A DNA stretch of 64,000 nucleotides, from the IMG/VR virus record IMGVR_UViG_3300046787_000286, positions 62,001 through 126,000 of that record; one strand, given 5' to 3'. The notes beneath the pieces are model-generated. The model did no database searches, was not told the origin of the DNA, and saw nothing but the letters and a program-made list of their open reading frames with translations. Of this stretch, positions 53,788 through 63,757 are shown one piece after another. A program made the translations under genes and the position numbers. Within the stretch, counting starts at the first letter, position 1. Each line of letters begins with the position of its first letter.

Positions 53788-54188
53788 GTTACAGGGCCAC
53801 CTTCTACCCAGGCATCGCATGTTCGTTTTGCAGCACATTTAAACTTTAAAAATTTGCAATATCCCAATTGCCCAGCATCTATAGTATCGTGTGGATCCGA
53901 CCCAGGCTCTTCTCCAATGCCCTTGGCAATGCAATCTTGCATGTCTTCAGAGATGTCAAATGCTGCACAATTGCCACAACGATTTTGTTTTACTGATTCA
54001 ATATCATCTGTGTTCCATTTATCGGCAAGTTCTGCCCAGTACTCGTCGTTGGGCTCGTTGGGGTTAAGTGGGCCATAGTGATATTCGTCTATGGCCTTTT
54101 GACGATTTTTTAAATTTAGTTCAATGCTTTGTGTAGCAGGTGGACAGCCTTTTTCGATGGCTTCTAATAGATTAATAAAGTTTCTCAT
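53784..54188 (-). CDS. HiPIP-like Cys-rich protein
   Basis: CGNCAAF...GYCKF...TCDAW; leader MRNFINLLEA. Confidence 0.5.
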   Translation of the reverse strand: MRNFINLLEAIEKGCPPATQSIELNLKNRQKAIDEYHYGPLNPNEPNDEYWAELADKWNTDDIESVKQNRCGNCAAFDISEDMQDCIAKGIGEEPGSDPHDTIDAGQLGYCKFLKFKCAAKRTCDAWVEGGPVT

Positions 54189-55219
54189 TTTTTCTTCCCT
54201 GATTTCATGTTCGCGCACCAATGGTACATTCTAGCCTTTTCGCCTGACGCATTTTTAGCACGTTGACGTAAATCTGTAACTGATCCATTGCAACTAGCAC
54301 CTGCACGTTTTACACGTCCGGGGCGACTCTTGCCTTTGACTTTTCCATCTGCAAAGTTTTCTGCTACTGAGTTTGCTCTAGTTAATTTGTATCTAACTGC
54401 ATCACCATCGTCTTGGTGCTGGGCACTATATCCCCAAGCGGCCGCATATCGTTGAACTAGTCTGTTATATAACTTAGCACGACTTTCTGGATTTGGAACA
54501 GGATCGTCGGGTCCGTAGTATGTAGTTGGGTCAACTTCTTTACTGGCTGAAAAGATTAAGTTTTGGGGTTTGTATTTTTTAATGTATTTTTGTATAGCAG
54601 CTAATACAGTGGCAAATATTCTTTGTGCGTCACCTTCGCCTGTTACTTCTTGGCTGTTGTTTCTATGAAAGTCGACCTGTATAACTTCATTACCTTCGCC
54701 ATCGTATTCTTGATTGAACATGATGTTGAGATATGTGCCGTCTGGTAGTTTTGTATTTGCATCAACATCACCGTACTCTGACGTTTCCCATTTGGATTTG
54801 TAAGGTTGATCAAATGCTTCGTCTACGCTTTGTTTCACGGGTATGTTCTTGAGTGCAGCAGCGACACCTGGGTGCATCGGTGCAGGCCAATCGCCAGCTT
54901 CTACCCAGCAATAGTCTTGCCATTCTGGATTGGCACGTGGCTCAAACTCACTTGGTACCGTACCCAAGAATGTAACATACTTGGCGTTTTCGCCAATGCG
55001 CTTTAGCTTGATAGGTCCAGTGTATCCACCTTCTTCGGCTAGTTCTCTGCGAGCGCATTGCTCCAGTGATTCACCAGGCTCTCTGCCACCGCCCCATGCT
55101 GCCCATAGCCCGGGATCGTTAATATCGTTGCTACGCTGTTGCAAGCCATAACGACCCGTGTCTTCTGCGTAGAGCACAATGCCTGCGGCACCTTGGTCTG
55201 TAAATTCGTGTGCTCTCAT
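54185..55219 (-). CDS. Nudix hydrolase + two further domains
   Basis: Nudix box GGREPGESLEQCARRELAEEGG; VDEA and VAEN junctions. Confidence 0.85.
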   Translation of the reverse strand: MRAHEFTDQGAAGIVLYAEDTGRYGLQQRSNDINDPGLWAAWGGGREPGESLEQCARRELAEEGGYTGPIKLKRIGENAKYVTFLGTVPSEFEPRANPEWQDYCWVEAGDWPAPMHPGVAAALKNIPVKQSVDEAFDQPYKSKWETSEYGDVDANTKLPDGTYLNIMFNQEYDGEGNEVIQVDFHRNNSQEVTGEGDAQRIFATVLAAIQKYIKKYKPQNLIFSASKEVDPTTYYGPDDPVPNPESRAKLYNRLVQRYAAAWGYSAQHQDDGDAVRYKLTRANSVAENFADGKVKGKSRPGRVKRAGASCNGSVTDLRQRAKNASGEKARMYHWCANMKSGKKK

Positions 55220-55686
55220 ATTTTTTTAACTACCTTAATCTGTGCTTTTCTAGGATCGACAATTCTAACTTCTTGTTCGTGATGTTGCTGGGCAAAGTTA
55301 ACACCGTGATTGGTAATGTTATTAGGACCAACAGTGGCAGACAATATGTATGCGTGTGGCTGCTCATCTAAGTCCATGTCCATAGCCGCATACTCACCAG
55401 CTTCTGATTGCAAATATTCCTCAGCCGATTTTGGAGTTAAAGTCCAGTGCAATCCGGGCTGTTGTAGATTTGGCTGCTGGCCAGGGACTACCCAGATAGC
55501 ACGATATACTATACCACCTTGTGCTACTAACTTATCTACCGCAGCCATATACGCATCCAGTATTTGGTGTGCTTCTTTTTCGGAATCGTAATAGTCTGTT
55601 AGATAGGCAATTGCATCGACTATGCGCTCTGGCTCGTGCAGCGTATTCAGTTGAACATTTTCTACAACAAACTCGTTTGCTCTCAT
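55216..55686 (-). CDS. ADP-ribosyltransferase-like protein
   Basis: VYRA, GLHWT, EQEVR order fits the R-S/T-E ART fold; leader MRANEFVVE. Confidence 0.5.
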   Translation of the reverse strand: MRANEFVVENVQLNTLHEPERIVDAIAYLTDYYDSEKEAHQILDAYMAAVDKLVAQGGIVYRAIWVVPGQQPNLQQPGLHWTLTPKSAEEYLQSEAGEYAAMDMDLDEQPHAYILSATVGPNNITNHGVNFAQQHHEQEVRIVDPRKAQIKVVKKI

Positions 55687-55690
55687 AGTA

Positions 55691-58600
55691 TTATCCCATC
55701 TCCGGTACTACTGTAACACCATCTACTAGTTGTTGTGGATTCTGTGTTAGCCAAGCCATTGCAATACGGTTAGCATCGCTTTGAGCATTGCCGATACCGC
55801 CAAATCTATAAATCACTTGATTGTTGGGATTTAATATCAACCACTGTCCAGTAAATGATCCTGTGCCCGATGGATTGTAAGTTTGCCCAACCTGGCTACC
55901 TGTCGCAGGTTCGTTTGCTGTAGTAATGATGCCACCTTGTGCTGCATCGGCTCCAGACCCAATTGATTGAACTGTATAGTTATCACCCACAAAATCGTTA
56001 TCGTCGTAAAAATCGCCTGCTATGATAGCAGCTTCTTGGCGGTCGGGTGCATAAAACTGATGCACTAAACGATTAGTGCTGCCGTCTCGAATTTCCCAGT
56101 TAGGGGCTTGTTGTGAAACACTTTCGCGAGTTCTTACAACAAATTCAGCAGGATCGAGCCCTGTTTGTTGTATCCAAGCTCTTGCTTCGGTTTCGGCTGT
56201 TTGACGATCTGTGCTTGTGGGATTAAAGTAAACTTGGTTGTTGGCCATACTAGCAAGTTCCCACGGGCCCGGGCCATGTGGGATTAAATTGTTTACTCCA
56301 GACGATTGCTGTGCAGGTTCAATTTCGCGAACTTCGATATCGGTGCGCATGTTAGGACGCTCAGCACGTTGTTGTTCTATCCAAGATTCAGCAGCTTCTT
56401 GGCTTGGGAATCTATACAATGGTGGCGTTTCACCTCTTGAGTATGTGCCAGGCTGATTAGCAAAGCGGTCGTTTGCGTTGATCCAAATACCCCAGTTGCC
56501 TTGATTTTGTTGTGCCGGTGGTTGTGCAGTTGGTGTAATTTCGCCGGATGCTGATACTCTACCAACTTCTTGACCTTGCGGGTTTCTAACAACAACATCA
56601 ACATCACGGCGTTGTGCCCAATATTGTGCTCTTTGCAATGCTGTCTGATCATTGCCATACTCATCACCTGCAATCAGTCCACCGCCTGTGGTAGTTATTC
56701 TGTAAGTCCCGCCACCTTGTGGTGTGGGTTCAGCACGACCGTGTCCATACATAGCATTGATGTTGCTGTTGGGGTTCTCTTGTTTCCATTGCTGTAATAC
56801 GCCGTATGCGTCTGCATAATCAGAAGCATTAAATCTATAGAAGATCTCATTGGTATCACCATTCTTCAAATACCAATCGCCATCGGGATTGTTTGGACGG
56901 CCTGCTACTGTTGTGCCTTGCGTCTGTGGCTTCTCTTCGTATGGACGAAGTGGCTCAGCAGTCATGCTGTTGATTGCAGTAGGACCTGGTGCAAGTCCCC
57001 ACTCTCGTGCGGCTGTTGTTTTAGCTTCGCTTTCATTGTCAGCAACAACTTCCATACGCTGGCCGTTGTATTTTACATTCCACCACATCTTGCCGGTGTT
57101 TTCGCCCTTGGCCACTTTGCGTTGTAATTGTGCTTGTCTAAGGAAACTCTTTAGTGCAGCCTTGGGCATTTCGCCAGCAGCATAACGACTAAAGATATTC
57201 AACAAGTCTTTATCACCCGGAGTTGCGATCTTATTAGGTGTGATGCTATATTCAGACTGAGTTGAATCGGCTGGCAAGTTTGCTTTAACTTTTTCCCATG
57301 CTTCCTTGGCAGTTTTTGCTTCAACGTTGGTCTTGAACGCAGGCATTTGTCTGCGAGTATCTTTGTCCCACACAGTAGCATTGGATGTAACAGTCCATTC
57401 TACTTCGCCAGTCTTTCCTCTACGTGATCCTATGTCACCAGTTAATACTTTGTAGAGTTTCTTTTGATACTCTTCCTTATACTTGTTAGGATCCATAGCA
57501 GCATCCATTGCCACAACCATACGATTGATTGTGTCCTGCATCTTTTTAGGATTTTCGGCAATGTCAGTTAGGTAGTCGCCACCCGGGGAACGGAACTCAA
57601 TACGATTGTCCTTGGTATTGATACTGGTGAACTTGTCTGTGACGCCAGAGTGTAATATCTTAGATGCCGCAGCGTCAAGGTGAGACTTCATCTTGTCTAA
57701 CAACTCTTTGGCTTTTTCTGGCTTGTCTCTTGCTAATTGCTTAACTTTTTCAATAGCAGGTTTAGCGTATGAGTTTCCAATACGATCAAACTGGCGTAAT
57801 ACGTGTTCGTCGCCTAGTAATAATGCAGCCTTTAAGTAATCTAGTTTGTCAAGATCGTAGCCTGGAATTGAAATGTTTGTGTGCATACTAGTCTTGTTGT
57901 TCTTGCCGGTATACACGCCATTGTCAGCGGCCCAGGCTTGTACCTTTTTCATTACTGTGCCAATATCTTCTAGAGGGATAGGCGGACTTACAAATTCCAA
58001 TCCAGTGTCGCCCTCGTTATCAGGAGTGTCTAAACTGCCGTCCGGTTCGATAGTAAAGCAATCGTCTGGCTTGTTGCTGCCAACCGATACCCACCCGTTG
58101 CCCACCCACTTTTTATAGCCACCGCCGTAGCCGTGGTAGTTAGAGCTGTATGCTACACTATCCATGCCCATGGCATTCATAAAGTCTAACGCAACATTTT
58201 CAATATCGCCTGCTGAGTCACTGCTGCTGGTATAATACGGCCAGACCACATTACCGTAATTGCCTTCGACGTCAGACGCATAACTAATGCTAATACTGTC
58301 TAGCCAGTCACTTTCAGAGTACTCGTCTCTTTTTTCGGCTTCAAATTCTTCCTGGGCATAGTCATAACTGCGACCTTGTGCTTCCCAAGTCTCTACATAG
58401 TATTCTGCGTTGATTTCGCGTAACTTTTCTGCTACTAACTCTCCAAACTCTTCTGATGTAGGGTCTAGATCAGGGTAATCGGCCTTTACTTCATCTTCGG
58501 CTCGTTCTTGGTAGTCCTCAGGATCAAAAGGTTCTTCACGGTCTAAGTATTCCTGGAAGAACTCAAAACCGTTGTTGTGCCAGTCTTGATCTATTTGTTC

Positions 58601-60649
58601 CGTTTGCCAGTCAAAGTAATCAGATTCCATTTGCTCACGAAGTCTGCGGATTTCATTGCGTCCGTTGTAATCACCATCATCAAAAAAGTTCACAGCATCA
58701 TCAATATCACGAACACGCTCGTCCTGATCGTAGTCAGGTTCCTGGTCGCGGTCTTCATCGTTGCTTACGTTGGGAACATACATTTCAAACTCTAAACCAA
58801 CTTTAGCACCTTTGATATCTTTGGCTAGATTAGCCAAGTTTTTAGAAGTCATCTTGACTTCAAACAAGTCTTGTTCCTTGAATGCTTGTAACTCTTCAGC
58901 CAGTGCCTTGTTTAAATGCTTGCCTGTAACATCTTCCCCGCCTTCAACATCAGGATCTAGATCATGTGTTTTTAATCCAAGACGTTTGAATTGTTTTAGA
59001 TAGCCTTGTTCAGCTTCGTCTGATGGAAAAGTAATAACTGTTTGCGGTGGCCCTTGATTGTAGTCCTTTGGATCAGCATCATCCATGTCTGAAATATCCA
59101 TGCCCAGTCTATACCAATCAGTTAAGTCGGTAACATCTACTTTGGTTGTGCCTGCTGGCATCTGTGGCTCAAACTCTGGCCCCGTAGCTTCTTGATTTCC
59201 GAGCTCGTCTTCTTGCTCGCCGGGTGCTTGACTTAATGGAGTTGAATTGTAACCATAACTCTTTTTAGCAGTGGCTTCCTGTAAGTTTGCTGACTTGATC
59301 AACAACTCTGGCTTGCCTTGCTTGTCTGTTTTAAGAGCCATCTTGTTGGCTTCTTTGCCTGTTTGACCAGGATGCACATCCACAGTTAGTGCCATATTGA
59401 AACGTGGATCTTTTGCTTGGGCTCGAGTAGGAATATATCCTGATGCTTCGTTAACAGCTACATCTTCGAAGTATTCTGGGTGCATGCCTGCATAGTCACG
59501 CATTAACACACCAGCACGGGCATTTGCTTCGTTTTCATAGGCAGAACCTGTTTCGCCTGCATCCAGGGGCATAGATTCTGTTTCGTCTTGTTTGCGATGA
59601 GTAAGTTCGTGTGCTAGGGTGCGCAATATGTCCATGATATGACGGTTGCCTAGAGCTACTATTAATTCACCTGTAGCTGCATCGTAACGACCAAAACTCT
59701 TGTTGCGAATTGACCACTCGGGATCTTTCTTGAGGCGCAACTTTGGAACATTGTCGATTTCTAATTCTTCAACAGCAAAGTTTAAAAAATCTCTAATAAT
59801 CTCTTCTTGTGTAGGGGTAGGCTTCTCACTCAAGAACATTCTAGTACTAGCACCGACTCCGTCTGGGGTAGCAGTGGCATCTTCGGCCACGTGCTTGTAT
59901 CCGTAAATAAAAGGCTTTTTAACTTTAACTTTGTTTTGTTCTGCTAAACTCAGTTCAGCATCTCTTGCAGCGGCCTTTGCATCGTATAACTTTGTGATGT
60001 AACCTTGTGTGCGCAACATTTTGTAAGCAAGATTCTCTGGGCCTAGTTCTCCGTGTGCATCTAGGCCTGCTTGGCGATATGTTTTGATCTTTCGAGCTAG
60101 ACTATCAATACGCTCCATGTCGTTGCTTTTTACAGCATCGTCAATTCTGTGCTTAAAATCTTCGTACTTGCTGCGAACTGCATCGTCATCTACTGTGGAC
60201 TTGCGATATCTAGGAATGTTGATCCAGTCGTTGTTTAGTACAGAGAACACACCTTGGCTTACTGGAGGCTTGTTTGCATTTTCTACATACAACTCTACAT
60301 CATAACCGCCAATTTTGATATTGTGCAAGTCGTTATATTGATATTTCTTTGCGTCAAACAATTCACGATAAACATCATCAGAGTCTGCTTGTGGAATATC
60401 AACCACTAGGTGTAAGTCGATGTCTGAATATGGTGTATATGTGTAGCCTGCATTTGATCCTGATACAGTTATGTCTTTTACTTCTAAATCAGAAAGTCCC
60501 AGGAACTCTTTGAAATCGGCAGCAATTTCAAGTAACTTGTCACGTACTTCAGGGCGCATCTGTTCTTTTTGCCACAGGCGTGGGTTCAACTGTTTGTTGA
60601 ATTTAACTGCATCAGCAAGGTTATAGGAATCAAGTTCTTGTAAGTTCAT
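55691..60649 (-). CDS. 1652-aa polyvalent protein: Pol-beta NTase + HExxH metallopeptidase + amidoligase + C-terminal repeats
   Basis: SGSNAGY...SDIDLH; LAHELTH; GLEFEM, EPDGSL, LEFVSPP, SMHTNIS, RIEFRSPG; about 8 short A-x3-EA repeats; late motif at 60675-60681. Confidence 0.8.
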   Translation of the reverse strand: MNLQELDSYNLADAVKFNKQLNPRLWQKEQMRPEVRDKLLEIAADFKEFLGLSDLEVKDITVSGSNAGYTYTPYSDIDLHLVVDIPQADSDDVYRELFDAKKYQYNDLHNIKIGGYDVELYVENANKPPVSQGVFSVLNNDWINIPRYRKSTVDDDAVRSKYEDFKHRIDDAVKSNDMERIDSLARKIKTYRQAGLDAHGELGPENLAYKMLRTQGYITKLYDAKAAARDAELSLAEQNKVKVKKPFIYGYKHVAEDATATPDGVGASTRMFLSEKPTPTQEEIIRDFLNFAVEELEIDNVPKLRLKKDPEWSIRNKSFGRYDAATGELIVALGNRHIMDILRTLAHELTHRKQDETESMPLDAGETGSAYENEANARAGVLMRDYAGMHPEYFEDVAVNEASGYIPTRAQAKDPRFNMALTVDVHPGQTGKEANKMALKTDKQGKPELLIKSANLQEATAKKSYGYNSTPLSQAPGEQEDELGNQEATGPEFEPQMPAGTTKVDVTDLTDWYRLGMDISDMDDADPKDYNQGPPQTVITFPSDEAEQGYLKQFKRLGLKTHDLDPDVEGGEDVTGKHLNKALAEELQAFKEQDLFEVKMTSKNLANLAKDIKGAKVGLEFEMYVPNVSNDEDRDQEPDYDQDERVRDIDDAVNFFDDGDYNGRNEIRRLREQMESDYFDWQTEQIDQDWHNNGFEFFQEYLDREEPFDPEDYQERAEDEVKADYPDLDPTSEEFGELVAEKLREINAEYYVETWEAQGRSYDYAQEEFEAEKRDEYSESDWLDSISISYASDVEGNYGNVVWPYYTSSSDSAGDIENVALDFMNAMGMDSVAYSSNYHGYGGGYKKWVGNGWVSVGSNKPDDCFTIEPDGSLDTPDNEGDTGLEFVSPPIPLEDIGTVMKKVQAWAADNGVYTGKNNKTSMHTNISIPGYDLDKLDYLKAALLLGDEHVLRQFDRIGNSYAKPAIEKVKQLARDKPEKAKELLDKMKSHLDAAASKILHSGVTDKFTSINTKDNRIEFRSPGGDYLTDIAENPKKMQDTINRMVVAMDAAMDPNKYKEEYQKKLYKVLTGDIGSRRGKTGEVEWTVTSNATVWDKDTRRQMPAFKTNVEAKTAKEAWEKVKANLPADSTQSEYSITPNKIATPGDKDLLNIFSRYAAGEMPKAALKSFLRQAQLQRKVAKGENTGKMWWNVKYNGQRMEVVADNESEAKTTAAREWGLAPGPTAINSMTAEPLRPYEEKPQTQGTTVAGRPNNPDGDWYLKNGDTNEIFYRFNASDYADAYGVLQQWKQENPNSNINAMYGHGRAEPTPQGGGTYRITTTGGGLIAGDEYGNDQTALQRAQYWAQRRDVDVVVRNPQGQEVGRVSASGEITPTAQPPAQQNQGNWGIWINANDRFANQPGTYSRGETPPLYRFPSQEAAESWIEQQRAERPNMRTDIEVREIEPAQQSSGVNNLIPHGPGPWELASMANNQVYFNPTSTDRQTAETEARAWIQQTGLDPAEFVVRTRESVSQQAPNWEIRDGSTNRLVHQFYAPDRQEAAIIAGDFYDDNDFVGDNYTVQSIGSGADAAQGGIITTANEPATGSQVGQTYNPSGTGSFTGQWLILNPNNQVIYRFGGIGNAQSDANRIAMAWLTQNPQQLVDGVTVVPEMG

Positions 60650-60717
60650 AGGTATATATTAGAATATCAACTTGTATTTATTCATAGCATAGTTTACAGG
60701 ATATAGATGCTGAAGTC

Positions 60718-60742
60718 AAAAAAAAGCCCCTTGCGGGGCTTT
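60718..60742 (-). terminator. intrinsic terminator
   Basis: AAGCCCC-GCAA-GGGGCTT-TTTTT. Confidence 0.85.
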
Positions 60743-60744
60743 AG

Positions 60745-61674
60745 TTATGCTTCCTTCTTCAAGGACTTGCCTTTAACAGGAGCAGGAGGTTCTGCTGGTG
60801 CACCACTTGTGGCAACCACTTGTGGCGTAGGGGATGAATTAACCGGTAACGTATATTGAGTTGTTGCTTGTCCTGCTGCATCTACAGGTGCAACCGGTGC
60901 ATTAGCCAGGGCCATTGCATGCAATTCACGATACACGTTTTCTTGTGCTTGATAGTCAAACACATAAGTGCCTGTGTGACGCAATAACACACGCTTGTCT
61001 ACCCATACTTTACCACCAACATCGCGCCAGTTTTCGCAGAAGCTCCAGTCTTCTGAGTAGTAACGATTTTCACGCACACCTGTGTCAAAGTAGGTTTTCA
61101 TATGAGGATCCAAGTCTGCTGACAATCCAATGTCGTTCTTGAACGATTTAACATTGGGATGCGAGTTCATCTTTTCAAACACATGCTTCTTGATTAACAA
61201 GAAACCTGTACCTGTTTTAGTAACTTCTTGTAGGCCTTCTGGGCCTTCTTCTGCACCTTCGAATCCGTTAACACACCATTTGATTGGCAAGGATTTCATT
61301 GGGTATAAGCCACCAATAACATCAACGTCGCGATTCAACAATACCAACAAGTGCCATGGTTCCCAGCCAATGTCTGCATCAATAAACATCAAGTGAGTTG
61401 AGTCTGGGTTTGTTAAGAACTTGGCTGTTAGTGTATTACGAGCACGAGTAATTAGCGACTCGTTTGTCATTGTTTCCATGGTCCATTCGATACCCAATTG
61501 ACGAGCGGTGTTACTCCATTTAATAAAGCTCATAAAGGTAGATTCAGTAAGCATGCCGCCGTAGCATGGCATACAAATATGAACACGGGTAGTACGTAGA
61601 TAATCTACATTGACTTGAATTTGTTGTTGCCCAGGTGCTGCTGGGGCTTCGGTTGTGGGTTGGTTATCAGCCAT
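60745..61674 (-). CDS. GT-A glycosyltransferase-like protein
   Basis: CMPCYGG, ESLITRARN, FIDADI, GTGFLLI, SEDWSFC; late motif TTAAATA at 61701. Confidence 0.75.
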   Translation of the reverse strand: MADNQPTTEAPAAPGQQQIQVNVDYLRTTRVHICMPCYGGMLTESTFMSFIKWSNTARQLGIEWTMETMTNESLITRARNTLTAKFLTNPDSTHLMFIDADIGWEPWHLLVLLNRDVDVIGGLYPMKSLPIKWCVNGFEGAEEGPEGLQEVTKTGTGFLLIKKHVFEKMNSHPNVKSFKNDIGLSADLDPHMKTYFDTGVRENRYYSEDWSFCENWRDVGGKVWVDKRVLLRHTGTYVFDYQAQENVYRELHAMALANAPVAPVDAAGQATTQYTLPVNSSPTPQVVATSGAPAEPPAPVKGKSLKKEA

Positions 61675-61725
61675 TGTTTCCTCTTAAGTATTAAGTGAAA
61701 TATTTAAGAGGAATTTACTAGTGGC

Positions 61726-63729
61726 TTATTTTTTCTCGTCTACGTAGTCTTCGTCAACGGATTGTTGCACAGGGCTTGTGCCCAAAACGGTTGCATTTTT
61801 ACTATCGGCCCAGGCGTGTGCAGCTTCAGCTGATGGGAACGTCTTGCGCCACATCACACGTTGGTCACGGCGGTCGTAAACATAACCATATGCTTCCACT
61901 GGTCCTGCTTCCTCTGCTACTTGTTCTGGTTTGAATTCCAAAGCACCTTGTGTATTGCCCATAATGATATTGGCAATCTTGTAGATGTTGTCAAACGTCA
62001 AATCAAAGTGACGCTCAAACGGATGTCCTTTTAGTAAACTAAATGTAGTAAGTAGTTTACCTTTTATTTGTCCGGTAAGGCCGCCTCCGGTATACTTGCC
62101 AACTTGAATACTACCGCGTGTGCTTACTGCACCTTTGTTACGTCCACCCGCTCTAGTCTCATAGTATGAGTAAAGCATTGTTGGGCCATACTCCATTGGG
62201 TCGTGTGGAACAAAGCGGGCTTTGATTGTTGTCTTTACAACGTTTTCTACACAGTCGAAGTCTTTGGCTACAATTTGTTTTACTTGTTCAATGAATTCGG
62301 GCCATGGAATAAACTTACGTGATCCACCACCTTCATCCGGAACAAATTCGGTTAAGTGGGCTTCGTTCATTTTACCATCACTACTAAATCCATAATATTT
62401 CGCTACATCTTGTAAATCACTAGGACGGTACTTGTTGAGAAAGTCTGATATTAAATCGTGGATGTGTCCGGAGTTCCCTGCTTGGTCTAATGCACCGGGC
62501 AAAGGTATTTCACCATATTTCCATCTAATATGCACACCACCAGGACTGTCTATGTACCAACGTCTTCCGTCCCAGTCTAAACCAAATTTATCTACTGTTA
62601 CTTTTAGTTGTATGTCTTTGGCCGGAGTACCTGGCACAGTCTCGCACCATATGTCAAATTGATTGTTGCGTAGATATCTTGATTTGTATGGCTTGCCGAA
62701 GTTTGGCGGCACATATCTGTCTCCATCATCGCCATTACCTGGAGCGAACTCGTTTAGTTGGTCAGCTAGTTGTTCTTCACTCCAGCCAATGTAGCTATCA
62801 CTATCATCGTCGCCGATACGCATAACATACGCACCGCCTTCCTCGCTTTCAAGCTCGCCAATTTCCCAACCGACTTTGGCTAAGGCTTGTTCTACTCGAC
62901 GTTGTGTAGCTACATCTGGGGCAGAATACCACATTTTAGCAAATCGAAGTAACACATCTTCGGGGTCATTTTCTCTGTCGTTACCACTGCCGGGTGCAAA
63001 TTCGTTTAGTTCTTCATCTTCAGTCATGCTAAAGTCCTTCTTCATGAAGTCCTTGGTTCTAGACACTGCTGGCTGTATTTTTTTAAGTTTAGGTGGCTTG
63101 CTTCTAAACATCACAGAACCTAGCATATTACTTTCGTCTAGCGTGGTACCCATGGCTGCGTCTAGCATTTTAACAACAGTAGCAGCAAGTTTAGGATTTA
63201 TTTGTGTTTTTGGGTACAAACTCATTACAAGAGCTGTCTTACGTCTAGTATCCAATGTGGGCCATGCTGTGCGTATTTCTGTAGCACTAGTCATACCAGG
63301 ACCAAACTCCACTGTGGGCAAGTAAGCCATGTAAGCATGCTTATTCATCGGAGCAAGTTCATCTTGTCCTTCATAAGGTTGCAAGTATGCAGGGTTGCCA
63401 TCTTTTTTAACGCCGCCTGCTTGTGGTGGTTTGTTTGCGTCCTTTTCCGAACGTACAAAAATTAATTGGGTGGTTTCGGGATCAAAGTGATCTGTAACTT
63501 CTCGTGCTTGAAACGGTGACTTAACTTGTATGAATTTACCAGGATTAACGCCTGCTAGTTTAGCAAGTTTTTCTTTAACAGCAAACGGGAATGGTCTAGC
63601 GGATGTGTCGTTGGTTGCAGCCACATAGACATCTGCGCCGGGGAAAGCATCTTGTGCTTGTTGGTATAGTGCGTAATGGCCAGCGTGGAACGGATGAAAT
63701 CCGCCTGGCATGATAATAACTTGCTTCAT
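61726..63729 (-). CDS. HIGH-motif cytidylyltransferase-family domain + modular C-terminal segments
   Basis: PGGFHPFHAGH, SATEIR; three L(N/T)EF(A/V)P-headed segments; late motif CTAAATA at 63736. Confidence 0.75.
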   Translation of the reverse strand: MKQVIIMPGGFHPFHAGHYALYQQAQDAFPGADVYVAATNDTSARPFPFAVKEKLAKLAGVNPGKFIQVKSPFQAREVTDHFDPETTQLIFVRSEKDANKPPQAGGVKKDGNPAYLQPYEGQDELAPMNKHAYMAYLPTVEFGPGMTSATEIRTAWPTLDTRRKTALVMSLYPKTQINPKLAATVVKMLDAAMGTTLDESNMLGSVMFRSKPPKLKKIQPAVSRTKDFMKKDFSMTEDEELNEFAPGSGNDRENDPEDVLLRFAKMWYSAPDVATQRRVEQALAKVGWEIGELESEEGGAYVMRIGDDDSDSYIGWSEEQLADQLNEFAPGNGDDGDRYVPPNFGKPYKSRYLRNNQFDIWCETVPGTPAKDIQLKVTVDKFGLDWDGRRWYIDSPGGVHIRWKYGEIPLPGALDQAGNSGHIHDLISDFLNKYRPSDLQDVAKYYGFSSDGKMNEAHLTEFVPDEGGGSRKFIPWPEFIEQVKQIVAKDFDCVENVVKTTIKARFVPHDPMEYGPTMLYSYYETRAGGRNKGAVSTRGSIQVGKYTGGGLTGQIKGKLLTTFSLLKGHPFERHFDLTFDNIYKIANIIMGNTQGALEFKPEQVAEEAGPVEAYGYVYDRRDQRVMWRKTFPSAEAAHAWADSKNATVLGTSPVQQSVDEDYVDEKK

Positions 63730-63757
63730 AGCAAGTATTTAGTTTACATGGTTTCTA

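Noticed and set aside
14183-63465. Many short antisense or alternate-frame ORFs inside long genes
   Set aside because: Fully nested in well-supported CDS, with no independent motifs or promoters.
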